A stretch of 64,000 nt of DNA from Escherichia phage vB_Eco_F26. The DNA lies in sequence record OP870145.1. The stretch is one strand, 5' to 3'. Made by a program: the position numbers and the translations under genes. The notes below the pieces were generated by a model. It saw only the letters and a program-made list of their open reading frames with translations, did no database searches and was not told the DNA's origin. Numbering within the stretch: the stretch's first letter is position 1; each line of letters begins with the position of its first letter. Positions 1-7,968 of the stretch are shown in pieces.

Positions 1-111
1 TCCTGCTGCTTTTGATGCCTCACGAATCTCATTGTTAATTTGACGAAACTCCGACTCAAAGTGACGACGAAGCTTATTTCGACGGATAAAAACTTCTGTA
101 TTGATAGTCAT
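1..111 (-). CDS. hypothetical protein, N-terminal part only (gene runs off window start)
   Basis: ATG at 111-109 preceded by GAGGAG Shine-Dalgarno; frame open to window edge (MTINTEVFIRRNKLRRHFESEF...). Confidence 0.4.
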   Translation of the reverse strand, partial: MTINTEVFIRRNKLRRHFESEFRQINNEIREASKAAG

Positions 112-170
112 GTTGTTCTCCTCTTGACTGATAGAAAAATTATACCACAGTCAAGAGGAAAAGTAAACAG

Positions 171-449
171 TTATTCTTTAAATCTAATCAATTTATTCAT
201 AGACTTTGAAACTTCTGCACGAACCTCATGTAGATTTTTGAGCTGTTCAAGACGCTGCTCATAGTAAGCAATTTCATCTTCTTCGAGACAGTCCTGTGAA
301 TCTTCTTTAAGATAGCGTGCATAGTCCTGGAAAGCGTTACGGACTACTTCCTGGAAATCATCAAGACTTTGAATTTTCTTAGGAGCAACAGATACACGAC
401 GAGGGGCAGTATAATACTCATAACCAAACCCTGCGCTTAATTGAGCCAT
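171..449 (-). CDS. hypothetical small protein (92 aa from ATG at 449)
   Basis: ORF track 171..491; internal ATG at 449 has GAGGAAA SD and overlaps upstream stop (TAATG). Confidence 0.5.
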   Translation of the reverse strand: MAQLSAGFGYEYYTAPRRVSVAPKKIQSLDDFQEVVRNAFQDYARYLKEDSQDCLEEDEIAYYEQRLEQLKNLHEVRAEVSKSMNKLIRFKE

Positions 450-715
450 TAATATTTTTCCTCTGGTTGGAACACAGCACGACAAGCCCACATACTGGCT
501 TCTTTGAGTTTCGTTTTAGCAATAGTTAACTGATCGAGGCTTTCGGCATAATTCTTCGCGAATTCACAGTCTTCACAATTATCTAGTGCTTCCCAGAATT
601 CATCGTATAAAGCATCAAAGATAAGTCCTAAACGAACTTCAGCGTCTTTGATGGCATTCACTTTACCGATTTTCTTTTCAGTATGCGGCTTATAACCCTT
701 AATATCTTCAATCAT
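449..715 (-). CDS. hypothetical small protein (88 aa)
   Basis: ORF track 449..751; ATG at 715 preceded by GAGGAAG SD; tightly packed with neighbours. Confidence 0.45.
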   Translation of the reverse strand: MIEDIKGYKPHTEKKIGKVNAIKDAEVRLGLIFDALYDEFWEALDNCEDCEFAKNYAESLDQLTIAKTKLKEASMWACRAVFQPEEKY

Positions 716-929
716 ATTTGACTTCCTCACCAGTACATAAATCATATTCAACTAAACGAATAGGTTCATGAATGCCATATCCCTGAACAGAAATTTCTGT
801 AGTAGGATAAATTCCATCAATATCACCCATGTTCCATGCTTCGTTAAATTGCTGTTCGCCTGAATTACTAAACCATTCGGCGAAAGCATTTAGCACATCT
901 TCAGAACCTTCAATAATTATCTTTGCCAT
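708..929 (-). CDS. hypothetical protein (73 aa)
   Basis: ORF; ATG overlaps stop of grcA-like gene (TAATG). Confidence 0.5.
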   Translation of the reverse strand: MAKIIIEGSEDVLNAFAEWFSNSGEQQFNEAWNMGDIDGIYPTTEISVQGYGIHEPIRLVEYDLCTGEEVKYD

Positions 930-1291
930 TACAAACTCTCGGTAAAGGTACGAGCAATAACGTCGCGTTGCTGTTCCGGAGTCAGAGAGTTAAAGCGAAC
1001 TGCATAACCGGATACACGGATGGTCAGCTGCGGATATTTTTCCGGATGCTTAACTGCATCTTCCAGAGTTTCACGACGCAGAACGTTAACGTTCAGGTGT
1101 TGACCACCTTCAATTTTAACTGTAGGCTGTTGCTCAATTTCAATTTCACGGGCATGCAAACCGTAGAAAATTTCTGGGTCTACAAAAGAGTCCTCTTTAA
1201 AGGTTTTAGAGACAATAATTCGTGCTTGAATACCATCTTCAAAATAAATAGTACCTTTATGTGTGCCTTCAAGAATTTGATATGCTTTCAT
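929..1291 (-). CDS. grcA: autonomous glycyl radical cofactor, GrcA/YfiD-like
   Basis: C-terminal 60 aa ([60 protein letters not shown]) matches E. coli GrcA as recalled, including the RVSGY glycyl radical motif; GAGG SD. Confidence 0.85.
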   Translation of the reverse strand: MKAYQILEGTHKGTIYFEDGIQARIIVSKTFKEDSFVDPEIFYGLHAREIEIEQQPTVKIEGGQHLNVNVLRRETLEDAVKHPEKYPQLTIRVSGYAVRFNSLTPEQQRDVIARTFTESL

Positions 1292-1298
1292 ATAAACC

Positions 1299-1628
1299 TC
1301 AATTAAAAAATAAATTTATCCAAGATTGTTCTTTAATTAAAAATGGCTCAGAATCATATGCCATTAAACTCTGTGTGATTAGTCCTTTAAAAGGCCCATC
1401 AATAAATTCCATGGTAAAATATGGAATTTTATTCATTAGCCGTGCATTAGGAGCAGTACATAAAACTCTGCATCCTTTGAATACACCCTTTTGTAATTTG
1501 TATTGCTTGGGATAAAATTCGCTCAAAATGTTATTATTCGCTAAAATTTCAAAATGATTCACCAATTTATTTTTAATAGTTTTTGGTGAAAAATAGAGAT
1601 ATTCGAAAAGCTGTGCGTCTGTCATCAT
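1299..1628 (-). CDS. hypothetical protein (109 aa), translationally coupled to upstream P-loop gene
   Basis: ORF track 1299..1679; ATGATG at 1628-1623 overlaps the TGA stop of the upstream gene (ATGA coupling). Confidence 0.5.
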   Translation of the reverse strand: MMTDAQLFEYLYFSPKTIKNKLVNHFEILANNNILSEFYPKQYKLQKGVFKGCRVLCTAPNARLMNKIPYFTMEFIDGPFKGLITQSLMAYDSEPFLIKEQSWINLFFN

Positions 1629-2164
1629 TGCATTCCGATTACGAAAAACTGTGGACGAGTAATACCACCAATGCAACATTTACTATTGCAACAGTACTGT
1701 ACAGTGTCAATATGAGCATCATAAATCTTATCCATATCAGGAGATTTGACAGGCTCGTCAATTATATACAAAATTCGCGAAAGCGATAAACCTCTGAACT
1801 TGCTTCCTTTATTACCAATAAAACTGCGCACAGAATCAGTAAATAAACGAAAACGTATATCATCATTAGAATAACGCGAAAATTCCTTTTTAATGTCATC
1901 TGCGGAATTTTTAGCATAAACTGAAGTATTAGAAAGAACAATAACTGTTCCGCCATCATACAACCAGTTAGCAGCGAAGTTAGTCACAGCAATTGATTTA
2001 CCGGATTGACGTCCACCATCTATACGAAGTGTGCAATACTGCTTAAGTAAGTCTTCAAATGGCGGGATATATTCGTTTTTACAAATTTCTTCTACTCTAG
2101 CATCAGAATGGTGTGTAAAAGCATTCATCAGGGATAGATAAGGACCAGTTAAAAATGTTCTCAT
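1625..2164 (-). CDS. P-loop NTPase of unknown function (179 aa)
   Basis: Walker A GGRQSGKS near aa 50 and Walker B-like ILYIIDEP near aa 130 in the translated ORF. Confidence 0.6.
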   Translation of the reverse strand: MRTFLTGPYLSLMNAFTHHSDARVEEICKNEYIPPFEDLLKQYCTLRIDGGRQSGKSIAVTNFAANWLYDGGTVIVLSNTSVYAKNSADDIKKEFSRYSNDDIRFRLFTDSVRSFIGNKGSKFRGLSLSRILYIIDEPVKSPDMDKIYDAHIDTVQYCCNSKCCIGGITRPQFFVIGMQ

Positions 2165-2245
2165 TTAGTTTCTCTTTTAGGTTGGGCCATTCCTTGGCGC
2201 ATGAATTGTCCATTTCTGTATTTACCCCTCCAAGTAATTATGAAT

Positions 2246-2275
2246 ATACTATCACAATTCTAGGAGAAAGTAAAC
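2246..2275 (-). promoter_or_regulatory. T4 early-type promoter (minus strand GTTTAC -35, 18-nt spacer, TAGTAT -10)
   Basis: Motif read on minus strand upstream of the P-loop operon; near-identical copy at 2635..2664. Confidence 0.45.
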
Positions 2276-2277
2276 TG

Positions 2278-2580
2278 TTATTTACCTTTAATTACTTTAG
2301 CTGCTTCGATAGCCGCTTGCTGAAGGTCATCCATAGACATACCGAATTTAGAAGCAAAGTTATCAATTTTCTTTTCGACAGCATTCAAAGGCTTGGCCTG
2401 TTTACCTTCATTAGCGCCAGGAAGAGCGAGAATACGCTCTTTGTCAATATAAAGGCTTACAAGTTTCTTACGGTCTTTATCGGACAAATCATGAAATGAA
2501 TGGGCCTTTTTATTTATAGCGGCTTCTAATTTACCTGCACTCACTCGCGCTTCAGTAATAAATTCTTGATATGTTTTCAT
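2278..2580 (-). CDS. internal protein (IP) family, 100 aa, with capsid-targeting sequence
   Basis: N-terminus MKTYQEFITEA is the T-even IP capsid-targeting sequence ending in an I-x-E prohead-protease site; size and position next to e resemble T4 ipII. Confidence 0.75.
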   Translation of the reverse strand: MKTYQEFITEARVSAGKLEAAINKKAHSFHDLSDKDRKKLVSLYIDKERILALPGANEGKQAKPLNAVEKKIDNFASKFGMSMDDLQQAAIEAAKVIKGK

Positions 2581-2634
2581 ATGTTTCCTTTAAATATTTT
2601 AATTAATAATTTATCTATTCAAGTAACTGTGAAT

Positions 2635-2664
2635 ATACTATCACAATTCTAGGAGAAAGTAAAC
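2635..2664 (-). promoter_or_regulatory. T4 early-type promoter for IP gene (GTTTAC -35 / TAGTAT -10)
   Basis: Minus-strand motif about 55 nt upstream of ATG 2580. Confidence 0.45.
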
Positions 2665-2668
2665 AACT

Positions 2669-3199
<531 letters not shown>

Positions 3200-3655
3200 T
3201 TAAAAGAGGCTGTTCATTATTCGGTAAAGTGAAGGACCCATCACGTATTGCCACTGAGTACGAGGAATAAGAGCAAAAGCGTCCATCTCTGGAATCATAA
3301 CACCATCTTTATTTTCAAAATAAGACTCACAATAGCAATTTCTGAACATCTCATGCTCTACTGGAATCGTATAATAAAATAACTGTAAGTCTTTATTACT
3401 AGAATATTTAAATACACCTAGGTCTTCTAGAAGGTCTGGATTATAATTGCTAAAACCGGTCTCTTCTAAACATTCTCTTCGTGCTGCATCTAGTGCACTT
3501 AAATCAGAATTTTCTACACGGCCCTTTGGAATATCCCAGCGATGTGCCATCATTCCAGGCTTACGAGAACCAGTAACCCGACCCATAAATAAATCTTTAT
3601 CTTCTGTCATGAAGATAATACCAGCTGATAATGTTTTCATTTTAATTTCCTGCAA
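3200..3655 (-). CDS. nudE: Nudix hydrolase NudE (e.1)
   Basis: 151 aa; Nudix box-like GRVENSDLSALDAARRECLEETGF; position next to e as in T4. Confidence 0.85.
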   Translation of the reverse strand: MQEIKMKTLSAGIIFMTEDKDLFMGRVTGSRKPGMMAHRWDIPKGRVENSDLSALDAARRECLEETGFSNYNPDLLEDLGVFKYSSNKDLQLFYYTIPVEHEMFRNCYCESYFENKDGVMIPEMDAFALIPRTQWQYVMGPSLYRIMNSLF

Positions 3656-3999
3656 TCACTCACAAACTCTTTCATTGATTCATTTTCAATATAAGACATG
3701 TAGCTATTATATTCTTTTAATTGTATTTTGTAATCCTTTTTTCTTTGCCAATTTATTTTAAAATTATCATAATGAAAATATAGCATGGTACCAAAGAATG
3801 AAAATAATGAAATAATTTTAGTATAGCGAAGTTCACTCCAAACTTCTATTATATTTACTGTGCCGTCGATGTTTAAAATAAGACAGTCAATTAATAATCC
3901 AAAAAGACTACCCGCAAGAGCTGCAGCCAACGCCACAGCAAAAATTAAAAATGACTCAGGAAGCGAATATTTGACTTTATTTAGTTTTGGCTTTTGCAT
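3637..3999 (-). CDS. small membrane protein (120 aa)
   Basis: ORF with hydrophobic segment LIFAVALAAALAGSLFGLLIDCLIL. Confidence 0.55.
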   Translation of the reverse strand: MQKPKLNKVKYSLPESFLIFAVALAAALAGSLFGLLIDCLILNIDGTVNIIEVWSELRYTKIISLFSFFGTMLYFHYDNFKINWQRKKDYKIQLKEYNSYMSYIENESMKEFVSDCRKLK

Positions 4000-4394
4000 C
4001 GTGATTCCTTAACAAATTTCATAATTTCATCAAATTCATACGCAGCAAGTTTAAGCTGATGTTCCTTTTTAATCTTTTTACACTGTGCTTTCCAATCACG
4101 TACGCGTTTACGATAATGCCTTCCTTGATACCAGTATCCTACCCAATTTACAGGTACTAATAAAAGTGGAACTATTAATGGAAGAATTAGCATTAACACA
4201 AGTATTTCGCCAGAATCAATATCAGTCATAACATCTAAAACACCTCCAATAATCAATAGAATTACAAATGATATGAGTATAACAGGACCTATTAATACAT
4301 CAGTAGGAATTAGCTGGCGCTTTGATTCATACTTCAAAGGTTTACTTGGAAGGTATAGTGATGGCTTTGACATATTCTCTACATTCCTTAACAA
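3981..4394 (-). CDS. membrane protein (about 130 aa; start may be ATG at 4373)
   Basis: ORF with two hydrophobic helices (VLIGPVILISFVILLIIGGVL, ILVLMLILPLIVPLLLVPV). Confidence 0.55.
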   Translation of the reverse strand: MLRNVENMSKPSLYLPSKPLKYESKRQLIPTDVLIGPVILISFVILLIIGGVLDVMTDIDSGEILVLMLILPLIVPLLLVPVNWVGYWYQGRHYRKRVRDWKAQCKKIKKEHQLKLAAYEFDEIMKFVKESRCKSQN

Positions 4395-4950
4395 ATTTTT
4401 CTAGTAATAAATCACTTTCAAAATTAGGATTTTCCACTAATTTATCAAAAAGATCATCAACAATATTCAAGATATTTCTTTTACTAAGAATACGTTTATT
4501 TTCATGCTTCGTTTCAGAATCAACTATAAGAGTAAAGAAATATTTCTTTCCCTGAAATTTTACTGTAGTATCAATATAGAATAAATTTGACTTTTGTAAG
4601 TTACGTTTAAACCATGCGTCACTTAAACTATAAACACCGAGATAATCAAAATCGTCGTTTAAATAACAAACTGTCCATTCAGGAGAAATGAAATCAGTAA
4701 ATTCAACATCAAAATCACATGTCAATAAATGAATTGATTCAATATTGTTAATAAGTATTCCAGGACGTATTAAAGACTTTTTACCTCTGGAAAATCTTCC
4801 AGAAAGACTTTCATCAGTTTCATATGAAGAACCCCAATAATAATTACGTCCTTCTGCCATACGTTTAAGAGCATTTAGTAATTGATCTGGAACATCAACC
4901 TGTCTTTGGAACTCTTCAAACATTGAATTGAAATCACTTTGCATTTTCAT
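4342..4950 (-). CDS. hypothetical protein (202 aa)
   Basis: Long ORF in AT-rich DNA, protein-like composition. Confidence 0.6.
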   Translation of the reverse strand: MKMQSDFNSMFEEFQRQVDVPDQLLNALKRMAEGRNYYWGSSYETDESLSGRFSRGKKSLIRPGILINNIESIHLLTCDFDVEFTDFISPEWTVCYLNDDFDYLGVYSLSDAWFKRNLQKSNLFYIDTTVKFQGKKYFFTLIVDSETKHENKRILSKRNILNIVDDLFDKLVENPNFESDLLLEKFVKECREYVKAITIPSK

Positions 4951-4970
4951 TCCTATTTACTCCAAGTAAT

Positions 4971-4986
4971 AGGGGCCGAAGCCCCT
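4971..4986 (-). terminator. GC hairpin GGGGC-CGAA-GCCCC (tetraloop), putative terminator or processing signal
   Basis: Perfect 5-bp GC stem with CGAA loop directly after the stop of the 4992..5585 gene; identical hairpin at 48098..48111. Confidence 0.4.
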
Positions 4987-4991
4987 TATCA

Positions 4992-5585
4992 TTATTTCAG
5001 AGAATTAATGTATTCCTGAACATCGGCAGAAGTAGTTTCAACCCCAGAAATATTACCGTTAAAGGTTTCAACTCGAGCAAGGGTATCTTCAATATCAACC
5101 TTAGTCAGTGCTGCAATTTCAACTACATCATCAGCAGTACTAATTCCAAGGGCATTTGCTGCACGAGTTTCACGGATATATTCCAATTTAACTGCAAGTT
5201 CTTGGCGAGCATCATCCAATTCAACTACTTTCTTGGCGATTTCAATTCGCATTTCAGCATACCCATCAGCTTTAGTAGTCAACTGTTCAGCTGTTCGACG
5301 ATATAGCAAGCCGAGTTTAGCATGCATTGTTACATCTTGACCTTCGGAAAGAAGCTTGCGAATTTCACGCTCTTTTGATTCAGCCTGTTTATTCTTTTCA
5401 ATAACAAGTTCACGAATACGTTTTTCTTCATTAATAGATTTAACAGAAGCAGTTTTTAGGTCTTTAATTTTATCAAGTAATTTTGCTGCTGCAGCAGTGT
5501 ACTGTTCTTCAACAGATAGATTTTTAGCCATAGCAGAACCAAGTTTAGTGCGAATAAAATCAACAATTTTCTTCAGTGTGTTCAT
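4992..5585 (-). CDS. coiled-coil protein (197 aa), possibly PspA/IM30-like
   Basis: ORF; N-terminal amphipathic segment followed by heptad-rich helical sequence; family assignment is an unverified impression. Confidence 0.6.
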   Translation of the reverse strand: MNTLKKIVDFIRTKLGSAMAKNLSVEEQYTAAAAKLLDKIKDLKTASVKSINEEKRIRELVIEKNKQAESKEREIRKLLSEGQDVTMHAKLGLLYRRTAEQLTTKADGYAEMRIEIAKKVVELDDARQELAVKLEYIRETRAANALGISTADDVVEIAALTKVDIEDTLARVETFNGNISGVETTSADVQEYINSLK

Positions 5586-5629
5586 AGTATTTCCTTAGGT
5601 TAATTAAGATTTAAAATCCATGAGAGTAT

Positions 5630-5806
5630 TATACTCCGGATAGTTTGTAAACTATTTCAACATCGCCTTTTGCTGCTTTATAACCTTCAGCCCAAGATAC
5701 AACCGAGTTTTTATCTGAAGATTCAAATTCTGGCATTGGACTTTCATCAATGTTCACACAGTATGTTTCTTCATTTTCGTCAAACCAAATAGTTAAAGTA
5801 GTCATT
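5630..5806 (-). CDS. small hypothetical protein (58 aa), below ORF-track cutoff
   Basis: ATG at 5806 preceded by GGAGAAATAA SD; translates to MTTLTIWFDENEETYCVNIDESPMPEFESSDKNSVVSWAEGYKAAKGDVEIVYKLSGV. Confidence 0.4.
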
Positions 5807-5873
5807 TATTTCTCCGCTTCTGTGATTGTTTTGATAAGTCTATAATAACACCGTCCTTGGTGTTTGTACACAC

Positions 5874-6137
5874 TTATTTCATATTATTGAAATATTCTTC
5901 TGCGATTTCATCGTTATCGTGGTAAACTTTAGAAGACAGTTTAACATAACCTTCAGCAGTGAACATATTAATCACAACTTTTACAGTATACCACTGACCG
6001 TCTTCATTACCCATTACTGCGTAAGTTTCAAACATCGGATGGTCAGGACCGATAACTTTAATATCATTCACTGTACGACCGAAATCTTCTGAAACGCATT
6101 TCATAAAGAAGTTGAACAGTTCGCCGTAATTATCCAT
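5874..6137 (-). CDS. hypothetical small protein (87 aa from ATG; ORF track gives 5874..6149 from TTG)
   Basis: ATG at 6137 with GGAG SD 7 nt upstream; first 8 codons lie inside the 350-bp tandem repeat. Confidence 0.55.
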   Translation of the reverse strand: MDNYGELFNFFMKCVSEDFGRTVNDIKVIGPDHPMFETYAVMGNEDGQWYTVKVVINMFTAEGYVKLSSKVYHDNDEIAEEYFNNMK

Positions 6138-6180
6138 TTCATTCTCCAAGTTGTTTTCTGTATCAGTAGTTGATAGTTGT

Positions 6181-6210
6181 ATAGTACCACGGAAGAACAG
6201 AGATGTAAAC
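6181..6210 (-). promoter_or_regulatory. T4 early-type promoter (GTTTAC -35 / TACTAT -10 with A/T-rich upstream region), repeat copy 1
   Basis: Minus strand TTTTCACAAAACTGTTTACATCTCTGTTCTTCCGTGGTACTAT upstream of ATG 6137. Confidence 0.5.
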
Positions 6211-6341
6211 AGTTTTGTGAAAAATTTTTTAAAAAGTTTTAGGGAATTCTAGGGAAGGGAGGGGCAATTAAAGGATAGGATAATATATTATAAAGGGTAG
6301 AAACTAAATGATGCCTAGAGAGGTCCAGAAAGGCCTAGATG

Positions 6342-6368
6342 CCAAAAAGCCCTATCATTTAGATAGGG
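6342..6368 (-). terminator. intrinsic terminator (hairpin CCCTATC-taaat-GATAGGG + T-run), repeat copy 1
   Basis: Minus strand CCCTATCTAAATGATAGGGCTTTTTGG. Confidence 0.5.
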
Positions 6369-6530
6369 ATTTAAAATTATTTATCTAGTTTAGTTATTAT
6401 AGCTTCTACGGCAGCTTTTAGCTTAGATGCGGTGTTAATACGATTTTTAATTTCAGTATACGCGAACAGTTCGCCGTAATTATCCATTTCATTCTCCAAG
6501 TTGTTTTCTGTATCAGTAGTTGATAGTTGT

Positions 6531-6560
6531 ATAGTACCACGGAAGAACAGAGATGTAAAC
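6531..6560 (-). promoter_or_regulatory. T4 early-type promoter, repeat copy 2
   Basis: Duplicate of 6181..6210. Confidence 0.5.
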
Positions 6561-6691
6561 AGTTTTGTGAAAAATTTTTTAAAAAGTTTTAGGGAATTCT
6601 AGGGAAGGGAGGGGCAATTAAAGGATAGGATAATATATTATAAAGGGTAGAAACTAAATGATGCCTAGAGAGGTCCAGAAAGGCCTAGATG

Positions 6692-6718
6692 CCAAAAAGC
6701 CCTATCATTTAGATAGGG
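6692..6718 (-). terminator. intrinsic terminator, repeat copy 2, directly after IP gene stop
   Basis: Duplicate of 6342..6368; follows stop codon at 6727. Confidence 0.5.
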
Positions 6719-6726
6719 ATTTAAAA

Positions 6727-7290
6727 TTATTTATCTAGTTTAGTTATTATAGCTTCTACGGCAGCTTTTAGCTTAGATGCGGTGTTAATACGATTTTTAA
6801 TTTCAGTATACGCATCGCCAAGAACATCAAGGCTATCAGAATAAACACTTACACTATTGCGTTCGCTATTTGAAATAGAACCTTTAGTTTTACGATCAAA
6901 ATCGGTGTACACGTCTTGAAGATCACGCGCTGCCTTCTTTGCATCATCCAATGCATCAAGAGCTTTATTCAAAGCATTAACGTATTTTTTAGTGTCGAAC
7001 ATATTCTTAGAAATTTTAGCAGGTGCACGTTCAGGAGTAGCTAATACAGATTTAGGAACCTGAGCGCCAGATGCCAATTTCTTAGAAATTTTGAAAAACG
7101 CTTTATTGAATTTATTTTCTTGACTCATCGTAAAAGAACTATTATCGATGTTGTACATTTCAATAGCTTTAGCTTTCCACTTAAGAAAATCGCCGCGGTC
7201 TTTTGGGTCCAAGTGGAAAAATACTTTAGTAAGATCTGCTTCAGATGGTAATTTTGCTGCTTCGGTTAAAAATTCGGCATAGGTTTTCAT
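6727..7290 (-). CDS. internal protein (IP) family, 187 aa, with capsid-targeting sequence
   Basis: N-terminus MKTYAEFLTEA (CTS with L-x-E protease site); size similar to T4 IPIII. Confidence 0.7.
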   Translation of the reverse strand: MKTYAEFLTEAAKLPSEADLTKVFFHLDPKDRGDFLKWKAKAIEMYNIDNSSFTMSQENKFNKAFFKISKKLASGAQVPKSVLATPERAPAKISKNMFDTKKYVNALNKALDALDDAKKAARDLQDVYTDFDRKTKGSISNSERNSVSVYSDSLDVLGDAYTEIKNRINTASKLKAAVEAIITKLDK

Positions 7291-7380
7291 TTAAAATCCT
7301 TGAAATAATTTATCGGTTGGTTATTAATTATTTATTACTTTGTTATTATCCGTAACAGCATTCTCTATGTGATTCAAACT

Positions 7381-7405
7381 AAAAACCCCAACCTTTCGGT
7401 CGGGG
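7381..7405 (-). terminator. intrinsic terminator (CCCCGACC-GAAAGG-TTGGGG hairpin + T5)
   Basis: Minus strand GCCCCGACCGAAAGGTTGGGGTTTTT directly after the out-of-frame stop at 7415. Confidence 0.55.
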
Positions 7406-7551
7406 CTAAGAATGTTATTTGATTTGTTTAGCAGACCAAATGCGGTCTTTGATGATTTTTTGAATGTCTTCAACATACTCAAGAGAGTGAACATGTGGAT
7501 TATCTTTGAAACTATAAGCACGGGCTAACTTTTGGCCTTCGGTTTTGATTA

Positions 7552-7887
7552 CTAAAAGCTCTTTAAGGATAGCTTCATATTTAGCGATAATTCCTTTAAC
7601 GATATTTTTTCTTGTGCAGCTTTAGGATCTGCTTTAGGAGCAGGTTTACCCGAAGCCTTTGCAAAAGCAGCACCAGTAGCAACTAAACTTTTCCAGGCCA
7701 TACTAACCGCATTTCCTGTAAATCCTTCTGCTTTCATGTCGCGAGCAAACTGGAATCGTGATTCGTCAGAAGCATCTTTATAGGAATATTTACCCGCTGC
7801 AATGGCTGCTTTTGCGACAGCTTGAATTTCGGTGCTAGATGCTTCATTTAACACCGCTTCATTTAAAAATTGAGCATATGATTTCAT
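7552..7887 (-). CDS. internal protein (IP) family with CTS; reading frame as given ends early, likely frameshifted at T6 run 7605..7610
   Basis: N-terminus MKSYAQFLNEA; after the homopolymer a second frame stays open for 62 codons to a stop at 7415 that abuts the terminator. Confidence 0.6.
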   Translation of the reverse strand: MKSYAQFLNEAVLNEASSTEIQAVAKAAIAAGKYSYKDASDESRFQFARDMKAEGFTGNAVSMAWKSLVATGAAFAKASGKPAPKADPKAAQEKISLKELSLNMKLSLKSF

Positions 7888-7937
7888 CTTATTTCCTGTT
7901 TTAATTCGTGGATTTAATATACTACTATATTTATACT

Positions 7938-7964
7938 AAAAAGCCCCAACCTTTCGGTCGGGGC
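7938..7964 (-). terminator. intrinsic terminator (second copy of the CCCCGACC-GAAAGG-TTGGGGC hairpin + T5)
   Basis: Minus strand GCCCCGACCGAAAGGTTGGGGCTTTTT. Confidence 0.55.
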
Positions 7965-7968
7965 TAAG

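Larger units (their letters stand above)
6114..6463. repeat. tandem direct repeat, copy 1 (350 bp)
   Basis: 6114..6463 is base-for-base identical to 6464..6813. Confidence 0.9.
6464..6813. repeat. tandem direct repeat, copy 2 (350 bp)
   Basis: Identical to 6114..6463; contains 3-prime end of IP gene, terminator, early promoter and first 8 codons of the downstream ORF. Confidence 0.9.

Noticed and set aside
40-264. 74-aa plus-strand ORF at the window start
   Set aside because: Antisense to the tightly packed minus-strand operon (genes at 1..111 and 171..449), no ribosome-binding site; typical chance ORF.
923-1306. 127-aa plus-strand ORF overlapping the GrcA-like gene
   Set aside because: Exactly antisense to a gene with very strong sequence support; odd composition, no SD.
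6114-6813. CRISPR-like array or other short-unit repeat
   Set aside because: Only two copies of a 350-bp unit with no spacer-repeat alternation; content is a gene junction with promoter and terminator, so it is a tandem segmental duplication.
7324-7521. 65-aa minus-strand ORF between the frameshifted IP gene and the terminator
   Set aside because: It is in the third frame and runs through the terminator hairpin; the frame that continues the IP gene after the T6 run is a different one ending at 7415.
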